Positions 1 through 11,245 of a stretch of 64,000 nucleotides of DNA are shown piece by piece; positions within the stretch are counted from its first letter, which is position 1; every line of letters begins with the position of its first letter. A program made the translations under genes and the position numbers. The notes beneath the pieces were generated by a model. The model was not told the DNA's origin. It was given only the letters and a program-made list of their open reading frames with translations, and did no database searches. The DNA comes from Stegostoma tigrinum (Eukaryota): positions 21,164,629 to 21,228,628 of the forward strand of contig NC_081391.1 in assembly GCF_030684315.1 (NCBI RefSeq). Direction: 5' to 3'.

Positions 1-310
1 CCACTGACACACACAGAGTACACTGTGTACTGCCTCCCAAAAGCTGCAGAAATCCACCATCGCTCCTGAGACAATACTTTCCATAGCCCTAATTACGTGC
101 CATGGGAGAAAAGCATCTGATACAGGGGAACACCACCCCCTCTAACTACTCCACCAAGCGACATGCCATCCTGAGTTGGAAACGTGACCCGCCATGCTCC
201 AGGGTCGGTGGATCAGAATCCTGGAATTCCCTCACTCAGAACATTATGGATCTGACGACAGCAAATAGGCAACAGCAATTCAAGAAGGAAAGCCACCACA
301 TTCTCTCATG
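1..310 (+). mobile_element. Old L2/CR1-clade LINE 3' end; one copy per gene unit (~6990-7300, 15185-15460, 21757-22065, 28750-29060, 36820-37100, 43540-43830, 48755-49025, 55316-55625, 62310-62620)
   Basis: Decayed ...GS.SWNSL....FKK..HH motif (ggatcagaatcctggaattccctc...ttcaagaagg). Confidence 0.6.
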
Positions 311-773
311 GTGAGCCTGATCTCAGACCGGGTCCAATACCTCGGGATGGGCCTTCTTTTGTGAAATTGTCAAGTCCTAGTTCAACCCCATCTGGAGTGC
401 ACTGTTCCAGTAGGTTCAATCCAAAGATGCTTATGCACAGAATTTCTGGAATGAACCTGGGCAGAAAGTTAATTGGCTACGATGATAATAGTTTTCCCAA
501 GTCTCTCGGTGTAGAAGTGGAAGGGATGTCTGTGCTTGAAATTTACAAGTGGATTCATGGATTTGATAGGGTAGATAGAGAGATCCTGCTTCTTTTCAAT
601 TCCATTCCAGGACCGAGAGTGGGGAATATGATTACATTCCTAGTAGTAGAAGTAAATCATCCATGATAAAGCAAAAAACAGCTGCTTTTTGGAAAGGATA
701 ATATGTGAATGAGCAGTTAGATATTTATTCGGTAGGATATTGATGTTGCCAATCACTTTCCCATTGCAACATA

Positions 774-1935
774 TGACCAAACAGGTAGATGAGAGAAAAC
801 CGGTTGATGTGGTGTATATGGATTTCGGCAAGGCTTTCGATTAGGCTATTGTACAAAATACGGAGGAATGGGATTGTGGGAGATATAGCAGTTTGGATCA
901 GAAATTGGCTTGCTGAAAGAAGACAGCGTGGTGGTTGATGGGAAATGTTCATCCTAGAGACCGGTTACTCGCGGTGTACCGCAAGGGTCGGTGCTGGGTC
1001 CACTGCTGTTTGTCATTTTTATAAACGTAGAAGGATGGGTTAGTAAATTTGCAGACGACACGAAGGTCGGTGGAGATGTGGATAGTGACGAAGAATGTTG
1101 TAGGTTACAGAGAGACGTAGATAAGTTGCAGAGCTGGGCTGAGAGGTGGCAAACGGAGGTTAATGCGGACAAGTGTGAGGTGTTGTACTTTGGTAGGAGG
1201 AACCGGAAGGCAAAGTACTGTAAGATTCTTGGTAGTGTAGATGAGCAGAGAGATCTCGGTGACCATGTACACAGATCCTTGAAAGTTGCCACCCAGGTTG
1301 ACAGGGTTGTTAAGAAGGCATACAGTGTTTTAGCTTTTATGAATCCAGGGATCATGTTCCGGAACCAAGAGGTTATGCTGCAGCTGTACAAAACTCTGGT
1401 GCGGCCGCACTTGGAGCATTGCGTACAATTCTGGTCACCGCATTATAAGAAGGATGTGGAAGTTTTGGAAAGGGTGCAGAGGAGGTTTACTAGGATGTTG
1501 CCTGGTATGGAGGGAAAGTCTTACGAGGAAAGGCTGAGGGACTTGAGGCTGTTCTCGTTAGAGAGAAGAAGGTTGAGAGGTGACTTAATTGAGACATATA
1601 AGATAATCAAAGGGTTAGACAGGTTGGATAGGGAGAGCCTTTTCCCTAGGACGGAAACGGCGAGCACGAGGGGGCATAGCTTTAAATTGAGGGGTGAAAG
1701 ATATAGGACAGATGTCAGAGGTAGTTGCTTTACTCAGAGAATAGGAAGGGTATGGAACGCTTTGCCTACAACGGTCGTAGATTCACCAACTTTAAGTACA
1801 TTTAAGTCGTCATTGGACAAGCATATGGACGTACGTGGAATAGTGTTGGTTAGATGAGCTTCAGATCGGTATGACAGGTCGGCACAACGTCAGGGCCGAA
1901 GGGCCTGTACTGTGCTGTAATGTTCTATGTTCTAT
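774..1935 (+). mobile_element. 5'-truncated CR1 LINE (CR1-a), RT C-terminal half of ORF2
   Basis: ORF 991-1857 has LGPLLF..KFADDTK and LVRPHLE.CVQFWSP motifs. 3' end is (GTTCTAT)x2. AACATA target-site duplication at 768-773 and 1936-1941. Confidence 0.93.
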
Positions 1936-1959
1936 AACATAAAAGATTAATGCATTTTG

Positions 1960-2690
1960 GTTGAGAAACATAGAAAGACAAAACAGGCTCGATGTTACAA
2001 ATCTGAGGTGAGTACGGGAGCAGAGGGACTTTGGGTTTCAAGTATGTGATTATCTGAAAGTGGCCGAGCGGGACTAACCTGCTATGAAGAAGGCTTTTGT
2101 GAAATGTGTGTTTTCAAATAGATGCGGAGAGTATAAAAGCGAGGAATAGATGTTACACCTCCACAAATCATGGGTTAGACCACATTTGCAGTACTGTGTT
2201 CAGTTCTGGGCATGGTATTTAAGGAAGGACATTAAAGCCCTCGACAGAGTTCAAAGGGCATTTACGAGAATGACACCAGGAATGAGGGATTTCAGATACA
2301 AGGAAAGATGAAGGAAATTGGGATAAATCTCCTTGAAGCATAGTTGATTAAGAGGTGTCCCCGTTGAAGTGACAAAAATAATGAACATTCTGGCATGTAA
2401 AGGAGGATATCCTGTTTTCACCAGTTGATACGGCAGTGATGAGGGGTCACAATTTGTCAGTAAGGGAGCTCTGAGATGAGGACAAACCTCTCTATTCAGA
2501 AGGTTGTTAGGATTTGGAATCTGATGCCTGGGAGAGTGGCGGAGGTAGATCCCATAGGTGGCTTCAAAACAAGAGCTGGATATATACTTGGGAGTGACGA
2601 ATATAGAGGGTGTAGGGCTGGAGAGGGGGACTAGGTGGGTAGCTCTTTCGGAAGCCGATACGGACATGATGGGCTGAATGGCCTCTGTCG
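1960..2690 (+). mobile_element. Old degenerate CR1-type LINE 3' fragment (paralogs ~23715-24447, ~57275-58007)
   Basis: Decayed LYKSLVRPHLQYCVQFW-type coding (ggttagaccacatttgcagtactgtgttcagttctgg) and a gggctgaatggcct 3' tail. Confidence 0.7.
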
Positions 2691-3141
2691 TTAAAAATCC
2701 TCTGAATGTCCACCCAGGAACTTTTGTAAATTTTGGGTTTGTATTCCTCTCAGTCTTAAATGTCCAACCCAGTCCTCTTACATCAGGATACCCTGATCCT
2801 GGACTCCCCCATCATTGGGAACATCCTTCCTGTCCTTGCCCCGTCTGATCCTGTCACAGTTTTCTATGACCCAGAGCCAATTTGCCACCTTTCTGTCTCA
2901 TATCCCAGCACAACAGGCTGAGAAACTGACACCTCTTCTTCATTGACTTCCTCGTGCAGTTTGTCACAACCGCCTTAATTTAGAAACAAAATGTTAAAGC
3001 TTTTTTCAATTGCCAGTCATCATCAGTTCTGCCCTTCTCTGCGTCAGTGCGGGATGGCCCCCAGGAGTATAAATACAGAGCTTGTCGGGGAGCAACTCAG
3101 TTCTAGGGTGGTCTTGGTTTTAATGAACAAGGCTAGTGATG

Positions 3142-5550
3142 ATGGCCTCCCAAGTGTGTCAGACCTACCACAAGGACTGTGAGGATGCTGTGAACAAACA
3201 GATCAACCTGGAGCTTTATTCCTCCTATGTTTACCTCTCCATGGTGAGACTTGTGATCTTGAATGGTCTATTTCAGTGTTAGGGCTGTGATATGATTGTA
3301 CTGAGCCTTTAAGTGGCTTCTTGCTCAATGATTTAGTACTACCATATATCTTGTCTGTTGTCCTTCCTGGAATGAATCCTGTGAGTGCTCTTAATACTAA
3401 TTCTGTAGCAATTTTAAGCTTGTCTTGTGTTGGAGCTGGCTCTTGTCTAGGAGTCCCCAGTATGTTGTAATTCTGGGCAGAGCACATTTTTGGTGCTGAG
3501 GGATGGCCTGGTTCTGCTTCTCAATTCAACTCCTCCTTCCATGTTGATATCAATGGCCCATTTATATTTGAAATCATTTACATCCTTGTGGAAGCCTGCA
3601 TCAGTCCAAATCTAACTTTTTATATCTTGTCCTTTTAATGAAGCCTTTTTTTTAATAAGCATCCTAACTGTGATTAACTACTGGAAATAAAAGACTAAAA
3701 TGAGCTGCTGGAAAAGCTTAGTGGGTCTGGTAGGATCTGTGGTGAGAAATCAGTTCCTGTTTTTGGTCCGGTGACCTTTCCTTCATGGTTTTTAGTTGCT
3801 AATTATGAGGAGCAGACTTTTTCCACTCCCAAGATGGATTATCTGGAACAAAAATCAGTCACTGTCTCTGTGCAGATGAGGTGTTCGGACAGTGGGGCTA
3901 AATCAGATGAGTGATGTTGGTAATGTGAGGAGCTCAGATTTCAGCTTCTCTTGGTCAACATGCACATGTCCCTTCGTTCTGTTGGACAATGCCCTGATTG
4001 GCTTCCAGCACTGGGTAATAGTGTTTCTGACCTGCAGTGCAGGGATGTCTAATGCCTGTTGCCAGCTGTGACCGTCACCGTGCACTGTCTCACCAAGTCA
4101 CCGACCAGCGGTTGTAGCAGGTGCTACTTAATCTTTATTTCTAGATGTTTGAACAAATGTCTGTCTAGTTTAGTTTATGGATGACCATAAATGTAAATAC
4201 CTGTCTTCTTACTGTCCATCTAACTTCCATTTCGTGAGCAAAACCAAGCTGAATTGAGTGAAATTTACTTCCCATTTTGTCTGTTTGCAGTTCTCTCTCT
4301 TTGACCGGGATGATGTTGCCCTCCATCACTTTGCTGAGTTCTTCAAGGAGCAGTCCCATGAGGAGCGGGAACACGCTGAGAAACTGATGGCATTCCAGAA
4401 TAAACGTGGAGGCTGAGTCCTCCTGCAGGACATCAAGGTTGGATTCTGAGAATGTCTGTCTGTTTGCAGCTTTTTGAGCAGCTACAATCGACTGGTATCT
4501 CCATCTATTTAGCTTCAGGATTGATCAAATACTATGTCAAGGGCAAGTTGTTCACCAAAACAGGATTTGTTTAGGGAAAAGGGAAATACTTTGCATTTGT
4601 GACTCAATAGCAGAAGGCAATTCAGATGATCCAGGCTACTGGATGGTGAGCACATGTCCCTGTATGTGACTCTATATGGACAAGGTGAGGTAACAAAAGG
4701 TAAGGCTGAGAACTTGCAGCTACAAAAAGCAGCAGCATCCAACCTCACTACATCCAGAAGAGGTTTGTAATGCCTTGGGACCATTCTGGTCACTACATCA
4801 AACAGTAAAGCAAGGGATTACTTCCATTGCGACTGATTCTAGATACGACTTCTTTCAGAATTCACAGTAACAGTGGGATATGTTAACATTTCTTTATTCT
4901 CAGACCAGCATAAAATCTAGAGGGTTTTTGTATCCAAGTAAAATTTTTTGTCTGAATGTAACCCCTGGAAATGATGAGGGATAACTAACTGATCAGATGT
5001 AGACTAATGATAGAACTGCCTGCTGAGCTGTGCTTTCTGTTCCTGCTTCCCTCGCTTCAGAAGCCAGAGCAGGATGAGTGCAGCAATGGTCTGGAGGTGA
5101 TGCAGAGAGCTCTGCAGATGGAGAAGGATGTGAACCAGAGTCTGCTGGATCTGCACAAACTTGCCTCTGACCACATAGACCCTCATGTGAGGTTTTATCC
5201 CTTTCCTGGTAGAAAGTGATCTGTTTGTGTACTTCCAGGGTGGGGAATCCAATTATTTTTCTACCTGCCTCCTGCAGGATGTTTAAACAAAACCTTGTGA
5301 AGGCATCACTTGCATGCCCCTCCCCCATAGGGAGGTGATGGTCACTTCTGTCATGGGAGGTCACTGACATTTTTTGATCCTTGTTGGATTAATTTTGTCT
5401 TCCAGCTGTGATTTCATGGAGAGGCACTACTTGGATAAGTAAGTGAAGATGATCAAGAAGCTGGGAGATCACATCACCAACCTGAAGAGACTGGGAGCCC
5501 CTGACAATGGCATGGGAGAGTACCTGTTTGACAGGTTCTCACTCAGCTGA
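3142..5550 (+). pseudogene. Ferritin pseudogene, type A (copy 1)
   Basis: Exons 3142-3243, 4291-4437, 5061-5186, 5406-5550 with GT-AG introns. Lesions: in-frame TGA at 4414 (CGA in intact copies); 2-bp deletion at the start of exon 4 (ctgtgatttc vs ctgtgtgacttc); CAA>TAA in exon 4. Confidence 0.93.
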
Positions 5551-6689
5551 ATGGGGTCAATATCTATCTGTTGTACATGGTGACCTCATTCTACTAAATG
5601 ACTAGTTGTTCTCTGAGCAAATTAAAAGAGTGTTCACCATGGAACTGAGTACAGTGTGTAATTTTCATAGCTTCCGGTTCTTGGAGGTTTTTTGTGTTTT
5701 AACATCTGGTAATCAAATCCATTTTCTGTTCTTTCTTGCAACCTTTGATTCAATGCCTGCCCCAGTAATTTGCTCGGTGTTTGCTTCTGCTGAGAGTCTG
5801 TAGGGATTGAGTGGGCAATCTTGTCCTTGGAAATGCCACAACTGGCAAATATCTGCATTGCAGACAATGCCACAACAAAATCTGTCCTCAGCTTTCCCAG
5901 GACAATTTTTCAGGACCAGCTTCGGCTCAAAACCATGACTGAAATCTGTCCTGTGCCTAAACATTAGGCATTGCCAAGGCCCGTCCATTCATTCAATCTT
6001 CAGCATTTTTGGAAAAACCAAGCTGACACTGGAAACCAGGAACAAAAGCTGCTGGGAAATCTCAGGTTTGGTAGTGAGAGGTGTTGAACAGAACCGGGAC
6101 ATGAGACACGTGTTTATCTCTTGAATGATTTTGTTGCCAGGCCATGAGGTGTTTTCCACCTACTTGTTCTCTTGCTTAAATCCTACTGACTTTAATAGGT
6201 CACAAAATTCCTCATTACAAGGATATAAAGTTGACCAATCGTGCAAGGTACACCTGCTTTTCTGCAACTGTTTACCATTTACATGTTTCCTGAGCTAGAG
6301 AATTGTTTCTCTAGTATGTCCTTTCCATTCAGTAGAATGAAAGCTCTGCTTTCTCCCTGACAATGCTAATGACTATGGCCTCTATTAGGCAATGAAGCAG
6401 TGCCCACCTTCTAAAGCATCTGCTGTAACTCCTGTCCTTGCTCTGCAATGCAAAGGTGACAAATGCTGAGGACACCTGATGACAATAAAGCAAAAACCAA
6501 AATACCACTTGCAGAAGTCAGTAGTTCCAATTTCCTTTACATTTAATTGTGAAGAAAATCAGCTTTCTGATGTAATCTGGCCTCCATGTGGCTCCACACA
6601 CGCTGCATTGGGTCTAGCTCATTGCTGTCAATCACAATCAGTCACTGGTTTCTAATGGATGACCACTGACAATTCCTTGACAGGATAAG

Positions 6690-6850
6690 GATGTCACTGA
6701 CCAGGCAGCATTTATCCTCTGTCTGAACTGCCCATGGGCCCATTAGTCAACTACAGTGCTTTAGGCTTGGTGTCATATACTGGCCAGACCAGGTAAGGAT
6801 GGCAGTTTGGCAGTTCCCTTCCCTGAATGACTTCAGTGAAAAGGATATTT
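6690..6850 (-). mobile_element. SINE fragment resembling shark Deu-domain SINEs (one per unit)
   Basis: ggccagaccaggtaaggatggcagtt..ccttccct...agtgaa and cagcatttat match my recollection of the antisense SacSINE1-like consensus. Not verified by search. Confidence 0.45.
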
Positions 6851-7939
6851 TATTCAGACTAGGAATTGCATGCTCATTTTTAGGTTCATAATGCCCGAAG
6901 AGAGTTTTTCAGACAGAATCAGGACAATGGGCCTCAGTCCCACACTCCAGAAGCTTAAGAGTTGCCAGCTCAGAGCAGCCACGAGATTCACTCCTTCCAC
7001 CACTGACACACAGGGACTGCAATGTGTACTATCACCAAATGTTGTAGAAATCCACCAAAGCTCCTTAGACAACACCTTCCAAAGCCCCCATTACTTGCCA
7101 TGGGACAAGGGCAGCAAATACATGGAGCACAACCGCCTCTAAGTTCTACACCAAGCCATTCACCATCCTGAATTGGAAACATGGTCCCATTCCCCTAGTG
7201 TGCTGGATCAGAATCCTGGAATTCCCTCCCTAACAGCATTGGGGATCTGCCTACACCAAATGGGCAACAGCAATTCAAGAAGGCAAGCCACCACATTCTC
7301 TCATCTAATGTTAGGCCTGATCTCTGAGGGTTTCAACTACCTCTGGCTGATGGTTCTTTTGTGAAATTGTCTAGTTCTAGCTCAACCACAGCTGGAGTGC
7401 TCAGTTCTAACAGCTTCGACCCAAAGATGGTTATGCACAGAATTTCTGCAATGAACTTGGACAGAGAGCTGGTTCATTGATGATAACGGTTTGTCCCAGT
7501 CCCTCTGTGTAGAAGGTTAAGGGATGGCTGTGTTTGAAATTTCAAAGAGGATTAATGGATTTGACAGAGTGGACAGACAGAATCTGTTTCTTGTCTATGG
7601 TCATTGAGGACTGTGTGCAAAATAGGATTATAATTTTCACATTACAACTAAATCATCCAGGATAGTGTCAAAAACAGCTTCTTTGTGGAGAAGATAATAT
7701 GTGCACGTGCTGTTAGATATTTATTGGGTAAGGCTTGACTTTGACAATCACTTTCTAATTTCAACACTAAAAATATGTGAATAACACATTTTGTTTGAGA
7801 AACATAGAAAGACAAAACAGGCTCAATGTTCCAAATCTGATGTGAGTACAGGAGCAGAGAGACTTTGGGTTTCAAATATGTGATTATCTGAAAGTGACCA
7901 GCCAAGATAATGCTGTTATTGAGAAGGCTGTGGTGAACC

Positions 7940-9129
7940 AAGCATGTGGATGAGGGAAGGGCAGTTGACGTGGTGTACATGGACTTCAGTAAAGCCTTTG
8001 ATAAGGTTCCACATGGTAGGCTATTGGAGAAAATACAGAGGCAGAGGATTGAGGGAGATTTAGCAGTTTGGATTAGAAACTGGCTTTCTGTAAGAAGGCA
8101 ACGAGTGGTGGTTGATGGAAAATATCCAGCCTGGAGTCAGGTCACTCGTAGTGTGCCTCAAGGATCTGCTTTAGGACCACTGCTGTTTGTCATTTTTATA
8201 AATGACTTGGACGCAGGCATAGGTGGATGGGTTAGTAAGTTTGCAGATGACACTAAAGTCGGTGGAGTGGTGGACGGTGTGGAAGAATGTTGCACGTTGC
8301 AGGGAGACTTGGATAAACTGCAGAATTGGGCTGAAAGGTGGCAAATGGAGTTCAATGCAGATAAATGTGAGTTGATTCAATTTTGGGTGAATAACAGGAA
8401 GGCAGAATACTGGGTCAATGGAAAGATTCTTGGCAGTGCGGATGTGCAGATAGATCTTGGTGTCCATGTACATAGATCCCTGAAAGTTGTCACCCAGATT
8501 GATAATGCTGATAAGAAGGCTTACCGTGTGTTAGGTTTTATTGGTAGAGGGATTGAGTTCCGGAGCCGTGATGTCATGCTGCAACTGTACAAAACGCTAG
8601 TGCGGCCTCATTTGGAATATTGCGTGCAGTTCTGGTCACCCCGTTACAGGAAGGATGTGGAAGCATTGGGAAAGGTGCAGAGGAGATTTACCAGGATGTT
8701 GCCTGGTCTGGAGCGCAGGCCCTATGAAGAAACGCTGAGGGACTTGGATCTGTTCTCATTGGAGAGAAGTAGGCTAAGAGGGGATTTAATAGAGACATAC
8801 AAGATGATCAGAGGATTAGATAGGGTGGACAGTGAGAGTCTTTTTCCGAGGATGATGACTTCAACTTGTACAAGGGGGCATAGCTACAAATTGCAGGGTG
8901 ATACATTTAAGACATTTGTCAGAGGCAGGTTCTTTGCTCAGAGAGTGGTAAGGGCGTGGAAAGCCCTGCCTGCCAATGTAGTTAACTCAGCCACGTTAGG
9001 GGCATTTAAACAGTCCTTGGATAAGCATATGGATGGTGACGTGATTGTGTAGGAGGTGGGGCTTGGATTAGCTCACAGGTCGGCGCAACATCGAGGGCCG
9101 AAGGGCCCGTTCTGCGCTGTATTGTTCTA
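7940..9129 (+). mobile_element. 5'-truncated CR1 LINE (CR1-b) with an uninterrupted 368-codon RT fragment
   Basis: ORF 7946-9052: VDVVYMDFSKAFDKVPH, VPQGSALGP, FADDTK. TSD TGAACC (7934-7939) / TGAGCC (9130-9135). Confidence 0.94.
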
Positions 9130-9135
9130 TGAGCC

Positions 9136-9722
9136 TTGTGTTTTCAAATTGAGGCATCGAGCATAAAAGCAAGGAATTGATGATACCCCTCTACAACTCA
9201 TTGGTTAGACCACATTTGCAGTGATGTGCTCAGTTCTGGGCGTGGCTTTTCAGGAAGGGCATTCAAGCCCTGGACAGAGTTCAAAGGTGATTTATAATAA
9301 TGACACCTGGAATGGGGAATTTCAGACACACGGAAAGATTAAAGAAATTGCGCTCTATTCTCCTTGGAGCAAGAAGCACTTGTTGAAGTGATCAAAATTA
9401 TCACCAATTCTGTCAGGGTAAAGGGGGATATTCTGTTTTCACCAGTGGATACGTTAGTGACGAGGGGTCACAATTTGTCAGTGAGGGAGCTCACAGTGAG
9501 AGGAGGAGAAACCTCTTCACTCAGAAAGTTGGTAGGGTTTGGTATGCGTAGCTGACAGGAGTGATGGACGCAGATTCCACAGGTGGCTTTAGAAAAGCAG
9601 CTGTATACATATATGGAAGTGGCAAATTTAGAGGGATACAGACATAGGGCTGGAGAGTGGGGCTGGGTGTGGAATGCTTTCAGAAGCTGAATCAGGCACG
9701 ATGGGCCAAATGGCCTCCTATC
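9136..9722 (+). mobile_element. Old degenerate CR1-type LINE, 3' part interrupted by CR1-b (paralog ~30895-31480)
   Basis: Continues the fossil that starts at ~7800; same decayed motifs. Confidence 0.7.
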
Positions 9723-9817
9723 ATTAAAAATCCTCTGCATGTTCCCCCAGGAAATTCTCAGAGTTTGGAGAGGGCCTTTGTACTCCTCTCAGTGGGCACC
9801 TGTACAAGGCACCTTTA

Positions 9818-10150
9818 ATGTGGGAAAGCTGTTACACATCAGCAGAGACATGGTCCTTTACACAAGGTAGACCCAGTTCCACTGGCAAAGAAATGTTGAC
9901 TGGGGATCCCCCAACTGCTGACCTTCACCCACCGTCACAGCCAACGATAGCACACGCCTATCTTCCACCTGGATGGCCGTTGGGAACTTGTTTTGCATTG
10001 CACTTTACCAGGACCTTCCCCTCGATCGTACTGTCCTGGGTGGCCCTGCCAGGAGGTGAAATCCTCTTCAGGTATCACTCTCAGAACCAACAGAACACTC
10101 GAGGCTCTCCATCACTGCGAGGTGACAATCCACAGGCAGGAGCTGGAGGC
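9818..10150 (+). mobile_element. Highly decayed RTE-like LINE fragment (paralogs at 16763, 31576, ~38410, 50329)
   Basis: Remnants across frames resemble the LLY..ETW ... FHL ... P.QEV ... GI..TLEAL region of the RTE ORF C-terminus. Recognised by eye only. Confidence 0.35.
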
Positions 10151-10300
10151 AGGGAGATGCTGCTCAGGTACAGACCCATCACAGAATCGGAGAATTGTTG
10201 TGGCACAGCAGGCGGCCATTCGGTCCTTTGTGCCTGTACCTGTTCTGGTTGTTTTCTAATTCTGCCTGTAGAGATGTTACAAAATCTCTGGATCTGGTAT

Positions 10301-10360
10301 GGACTTGGACCAAGGCTTCCTGGTCCACAGCTAGGGACATTACCCCTGCATCACAATACC
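10301..10360 (-). mobile_element. tRNA-derived SINE head fragment (one per B/C upstream region)
   Basis: Reverse complement ggtattgtgatgcaggggtaatgtccctagc...ggtccaagtcc has degenerate Pol III A-box and B-box spacing. Confidence 0.5.
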
Positions 10361-10383
10361 CTGGCTGCACTGGTTGTACAAAC

Positions 10384-10760
10384 TTAGAATCATCGAAAAA
10401 AAATTGTTGGATTCGGCCATTCAGCCCCCTCCAGACTGCTCTGCCATTCCATGTGATTGTGGCTGATTCCATAACTCAGTCCCATCTTCCCACTCTCTCT
10501 CCATACTCTTTGATCCCTTCAGCCCTCAAAGCTGCACCCAACTGCTCCTGGAAAACATTCAAAGTTTTGGCCTCAAATGTTTTCTGTGGCAGAGAATTCC
10601 ACAGGACCCCCACTCTCTCGGTGAAGAGATTTCTCCTCATCTCAGTCCTAAATGTGTACTTAGGCTGTGACCCCTGGTCCTGAACTTTTCCATCATCAGG
10701 AACATCCTTCCTGTCTTTTCCACAGCTGACACTATGACAATTTTCGATGACCCCGAGCCA
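10384..10760 (-). mobile_element. Antisense CR1 3' fragment (paralogs ~17330-17680, ~32142-32510, ~38980-39330, ~50897-51245)
   Basis: Minus-strand ORF contains FRTEMRRNLFTERVGVLWNSLPQK, typical of the CR1 ORF2 C-terminus. Confidence 0.75.
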
Positions 10761-11245
10761 ATTTCCCACCTTTCTTTCCCAAATCCCAGCACAACAGGCT
10801 GAGAAACTGACACTCCCCTTCCTCAATGAGTCCCTTCTGCAGTTGATCACAACCACCATAATTTAAAAACAAAACGAGCAATCTTTTCTCAAACCATATT
10901 TACTTCTTTTAAAAAAGAACCAAATGACCCATGACCTGATTGAGTGCTGCAGAAGGTTTGAGATGCCGAATGGCCTCCTGCTGTTCCAATCACAGAATAA
11001 CCATCCAGACCTGGCTCTCATCTCCACCTCTGATCAGCTCTGCTTAACACACCCTCCCCCTCTCTCTCATTGGTGCCTGCATCCAAGGGTCATTCCTGAT
11101 TGGCTAGCAGCAACTGTCAGTCATCATCAGTTCGGTCTCCCTCTGGGTGAGTGCCGGTTGTCTCAGGAGTAGAAACACAACAGCTTTGGGGATTGAGGCC
11201 TTTGTTCCAGAGTTGTCCTTGTGATTGTGAGCAGGAATAGTGAAG

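Noticed and set aside
361-666. Recurrent 101-aa ORF MKLSSPSS...
   Set aside because: It starts at GTG, is open only in post-C spacers, and is not called in the homologous spacers after A and B/D genes.
954-1391. Minus-strand ORFs over CR1 and ferritin exons
   Set aside because: These are antisense shadows of coding sequence.
3045-3050. CAGTGC upstream of the type A gene as a possible IRE loop
   Set aside because: It lies upstream of the TATA box, so is probably not transcribed, and has no 5-bp upper stem with a C bulge.
4414-4416. In-frame TGA as selenocysteine or readthrough
   Set aside because: It is a CpG transition from CGA, and the same copies carry independent frameshifts.
5007-5219. 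ORF-track N-terminus [18 protein letters not shown] as a signal peptide for a secreted ferritin fragment
   Set aside because: It is the translated polypyrimidine tract and acceptor of intron 2. The ORF stops shortly after exon 3 and no promoter supports it.
5651-5657. CAGTGT after the stop codon as a 3' IRE
   Set aside because: The flanks do not pair and it lies downstream of the ATTAAA signal.
9818-10387. Repeated 189-aa ORF (MWESCYT...) as a novel gene paired with ferritin
   Set aside because: It crosses several repeat fragments and is truncated to 94 aa in paralogs at 16763 and 50329. Recurrence reflects segmental duplication.
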